64,000 bases of DNA from Nemertoderma westbladi (taxonomy: Eukaryota > Animalia > Xenacoelomorpha). The stretch covers positions 7,886 through 71,885 of the forward strand of contig JAUCBJ010006914.1 in assembly GCA_032718475.1 (NCBI GenBank), in the 5' to 3' direction. Shown here in pieces: positions 60,047-64,000 of the stretch. A program made the position numbers and the translations under genes. Each line of letters opens with the position of its first letter. Position 1 is the first letter of the stretch. The notes below the pieces were generated by a model. It did not search any database. It saw only the letters and a program-made list of their open reading frames with translations, and was not told where the DNA came from.

Positions 60047-61257
60047 TTAAATAAATTATTTCACAAAAATATGATTGCAATTATTACTGCTTTTGCGACC
60101 GTTCTACTTAGCTAGGCTTCCGCTTAATGTAATTAATTAATTAAATGGCAGGACAATTGTTTTTAATTAATATTTATGCTGAGCAAGCAAGTATATTGTA
60201 TTTAACTGAAAGTTAATTTATTTCAGTAAGTAGGCCTTGCGGTTTGTTAGTTTTAGTTAGTAATCTCGGCTTAAGCTTACACTGACTGATTACATTTAAT
60301 TACGAATAAAAAACAATAAGTATCACATATATTACGTGCTGCTGTACAGTAAACGCGGCTTTGCATTATTGAATTACAGAATTGGCGGTACAAAGTACAT
60401 TATTAGGCATCAGGCATATTGCATTTAAATAATTGTTGTTGTAAATGTACAATAATATGCGCCACTTATGTGTATTTCATTTGTACCTGCAACCCACTAA
60501 AAAGGTCAGCCGAACTTATCGCGGACAGGCTGGCTATATACCCCCCCACACCCACACTCACCGCAGTTCCACTTGCAGTTCATTATAATTCTGTGGGGCG
60601 AGCCACGAAGTGAGTGAGCCTTAGCGTAGGGGTACCATTAATCAACCTGTCGTTCTGTCGCGTTTTTTTTCAGTATTTTATTTTAAACGTTAATAACTCG
60701 GCCAATCCTTGATGAAATCTATCCAAACTTGGTACACATGTTGTTTGGCAAAAGTTTGAAAATTTTCCAAGTAGAATTTGCGTGGGGTCTTCGTGCAGCA
60801 TCAGTGTAACTGTTATTGCAGTTATAATAAATTTATTTATCCAAATTTAAAATGCGTTAAATTATTATTACTGTAGGATAAATCAGCTGGTTTTTCTGAC
60901 AAATTTTGCAATACATTGGGGTTGTCTGCATGTACCATGTGTACCGGTACTGTCAGGCTGTACTCAATCCCTGAATCGAGAATCCTGCAATCAGTCAATA
61001 CTGCAATACTGGTCAGCCGGTACCATACACTGCAGACATGCCATATCATGTAATCTAATTAACCCCGGCAACCCTTGCGGTGATTAAAGTTTAGGCCTAA
61101 TTAGCCCAGTACCGGCACCGGTAATAATAATATAATAGTTTAGATAGTTACCGCTAATCATTCAGTCATTGCTGCATTGGCACGGTACACCGTACAGCCG
61201 TATTGCTGTACTGCCGTTGTCAGTTGTAGTGCGCACCGTACTGCCGTAGGTACCACC

Positions 61258-63124
61258 CATGGCCTACTACACACAGGCCATGACAAGGACTTTGCTGTGA
61301 AATTAGCGTAGGCTGACTGTGCTGATTATCAGATTATGGTACTGTGGTACAAGCTATATACTGTTAGGTATACTGCTGTATTGGGGTGGGGTTAGGAATA
61401 ATCCATTTGTTTTAGCATTTAATCCCCTTATTTATTATAAAACCATTGGAAATATTCGCAAATGCCGCTCCATTCTGCCATTACTGTCTGAAACGCTCCC
61501 GACAGTCCGATGTATCTGGACCCGAGCAGCCGAGTTGCTTCAAGAGGTGATTAACGGGGGAATACTACGCAGTGCTACGGAATTGCTTGTTTGTCAGTAC
61601 GATTCTATTTGGGTATTTACTACACTCAGACACTGGGAATACGGCGGTCGGTCAGATCGTAATGCGGGCCACTGCCAAGTTCCTCATGCCTCACTCCGGT
61701 CACCCACCTTGGAGTGCGGTGGGAAGAGTCCCACTTACTGACTTACGTCGACGACTGGACGAATCGACGAGGATTGCGATCTGGGTTTAGCGGCGGCCCG
61801 GATCCTGGTATCGCCTGGGGGAAATGGTTGAACGTCGGGCATACTTGTATCGCACTGGATTACGTTCTCTGCGACGTGAAAGTGTGAAGCGAATTCGTTG
61901 TCGAATTGGGTCGAAAGCTGCGGGAATTCTACTGTTCTACGGGAGTAAACCGCAGCGGTCCGGTGACTACGGACGGATACTACTGGGATAAGCAGGTATT
62001 TCGATCGAGTTTCTCGTATTCTCGATGCTCGACAGCTCGAGGCGGATAGAGAGTTGGTTGTGTTGGGCGGTGTTGTTCAATTCTATCAAACGTATTAAAT
62101 AATTGGTAAAATAATAAAAACACACCAGATAAAGATACTGAGCTTATGGTAAAGAGATAGGCCGAACTTACAATTTCCAAATAGATTGTTCATATAATAA
62201 ATATATTTTTGGTATTTGATTTCAAGATAGGGGGGGGGGGGGGGGGGGGGGACTGGACGCAATAAAAATTAATCCCTCTCCAGGGGAAATTGGACGCAAA
62301 TAACAACAGCTGATTACTCTCAAAAATAAAACTGTAACCTGTTCTATTGTGTTTACTTTATTGTTTTGGTTAAAATAACGTGCCACTGTAACCTGCTCCT
62401 TTCCCAAAATTGAGAAATTAATATTGAGGCGGGATATTAATTCGCCAAGATGGGATTTGCGTCCAGTCCCACCCCCCTCCTGTCTCTTGATTTTACTAAA
62501 AAATAGAATACATTGCATTTTACTGTTATAATTACTGTATTGAATAAAATAATTAATTTATTGTTTATTAAACCGTGCTAAGCACGTTGAACTGGAGCTT
62601 TAACAATTCCCCACTAGCGGCAGACAGGAACTGTAAAAGTCTCTGTAGAATTTCTAATTAAGCAATGCTCTTAGGTAACTACTACTAAATTTCAGATGAA
62701 TCTGATCGTTGGTTCTATAATTACAGCTATTTTTAAGTTTCTGTTAATTCGCCCCCTAGCGGCAGACAGGGGAACTGTAGAAGTCTGTCTGTGTGTAGAA
62801 TTTCAAAATTTTTTATAGACTACATGTGTACCAAGTTTGGTTCCATTTCATCCTTGATTGACTGACTTATAAGCGTTCAAACATTCCTGCCACAAACATA
62901 GCCAGAGGCAGCCACAAACAAATAAAAGCTGCAGGAACTCTAGCGATAATTAATTAATTAATTATTAAATACTGTTTCAATTAAATTACTTACGAAAATC
63001 TAGTCATCTTCTTTTAAATATGGACCCTGCATTCGTGGAAAATATAATATTTGATAATTCAGCAGTCAGCCTACGCTAATTTCACAGCAAAGTCCTTGTC
63101 ATGGCCTGTGTGTAGTAGGCCATG
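61258..63124. mobile_element. Non-autonomous TIR DNA transposon with 62-bp perfect TIRs and 8-bp TSD (P- or hAT-type)
   Basis: 61258-61319 is the exact reverse complement of 63063-63124 (CATGGCCTAC...); GTACCACC at 61250-61257 and 63125-63132; boundary ambiguous by 1 bp (6/8/10-bp TSD readings). Confidence 0.8.
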
Positions 63125-63357
63125 GTACCACCCTACTACCGGTACCGGCTGACCGGTGGCAACTAGCACTTCAGCACTTGCACAGCAACAGCACTACCGG
63201 CGATACACAGGTTGGAATTTATGTAGAGTTTGCTCAACAGTACAGATATAAAATAGTTATCTAAATTATATATATTACTATTGACAAGTATTGAAATATA
63301 TACCGTTATTCGTGTTATCAGTATTTGCAACATCTGACATTGAAGAGGTGAGAGAAG

Positions 63358-63816
63358 ATGAATACCGGCACTCAACAAAACCAACGCTTATCACAGGTCG
63401 GTATGGTTACCTCGAAACCGGCGCGACTGTCCACTCGAATACAACTTCAAAACACAAACGCCAACAATAAACTGAAAGCGAATCGAACGTCTTCAGAAGA
63501 ATCTGTCATTGGGACGAAGAAAAGGAAGCCGAAACCACGGGAATGGACCACAGCTAAGATTGAATGCTCCCATTGTCAGAGTTCCTGGACCGAAATTGAA
63601 ACACCAATTGCCGATGGGCTTGATCTCTCAAACCAAAACTTCCTCTGCGGGGTTTGCGCGGCAGTAAAGATTGAAAGTCTGGAAGCTGGCATCCCTAGGT
63701 ATTATTATTATAAAGAGCGTCAGCCTGCGTTTAATAAATATATTTTAATACAAAACAGGTCGAACGCAAAGAGGCTTATAATGAAGACGAGTACTGCATT
63801 GATTATATTCCTATAA
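63358..63816 (+). pseudogene. Possible LINE (CR1-group) ORF1 N-terminal zinc-finger fragment
   Basis: CSHC..W..F.CGVC..KIESLE spacing resembles CR1-type ORF1 zinc finger; no ORF2 follows. Confidence 0.35.
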
Positions 63817-64000
63817 ACCACCTGGCTTTGCATATTGAACGTGCGTTTGGAAATAAGTTCGTGCTACCCTTCCGTGGGTGGTAGATGTCGCGGTTATGTA
63901 TTGGTGGGTGGGAAGGGAGGGGGGGGGGGGGGGTGCAGATTAAAAGGGGTGAACACGTACTGTCCCCCTTTCTTTGATTAATTGGTGGTGTGGGTTAATC

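Noticed and set aside
60682-62882. Imperfect ~60-bp inverted repeat (60682-60745 vs ~62820-62882) as one element
   Set aside because: One arm is inside and one outside the TSD-bounded TIR element; better read as pieces of a dispersed repeat

Overview
Eukaryotic (probably invertebrate animal) repeat-dense window with no recognisable host gene; it is almost entirely nested transposable elements. Left to right: the 3' part of an intact-looking CRE-clade non-LTR retrotransposon ORF (RT + restriction-like endonuclease); the 3' end of a BEL/Pao LTR element (family B, copy B1) carrying an extra ORF with a DEDDy-like 3'-5' exonuclease plus three CCHC knuckles; a decayed LINE split by BEL/Pao copy A1 (11288-23804, TSD CCCAT); a piggyBac-type MITE split by the full-length BEL/Pao copy A2 (25408-41315, minus strand, TSD GTCTC); BEL/Pao copy B2 split by copy A3 (48629-53869, TSD GGACG); two pentanucleotide arrays; an intact piggyBac-type MITE; and a TIR element with an 8-bp TSD. 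Main discovery: none of the BEL/Pao 5' LTRs is followed by a tRNA-type (TGG) primer-binding site. In all three family-A copies the 11-12 nt directly after the 5' LTR are the exact reverse complement of one homologous site inside the same LTR, and all four positions that vary between copies are compensated. This points to tRNA-independent self-priming of reverse transcription, which I know from Tf1/sushi-type Gypsy elements but not from BEL/Pao. Both BEL families also carry non-env accessory ORFs before the 3' LTR. Coordinates and alignments were read by eye; no database searches were run.
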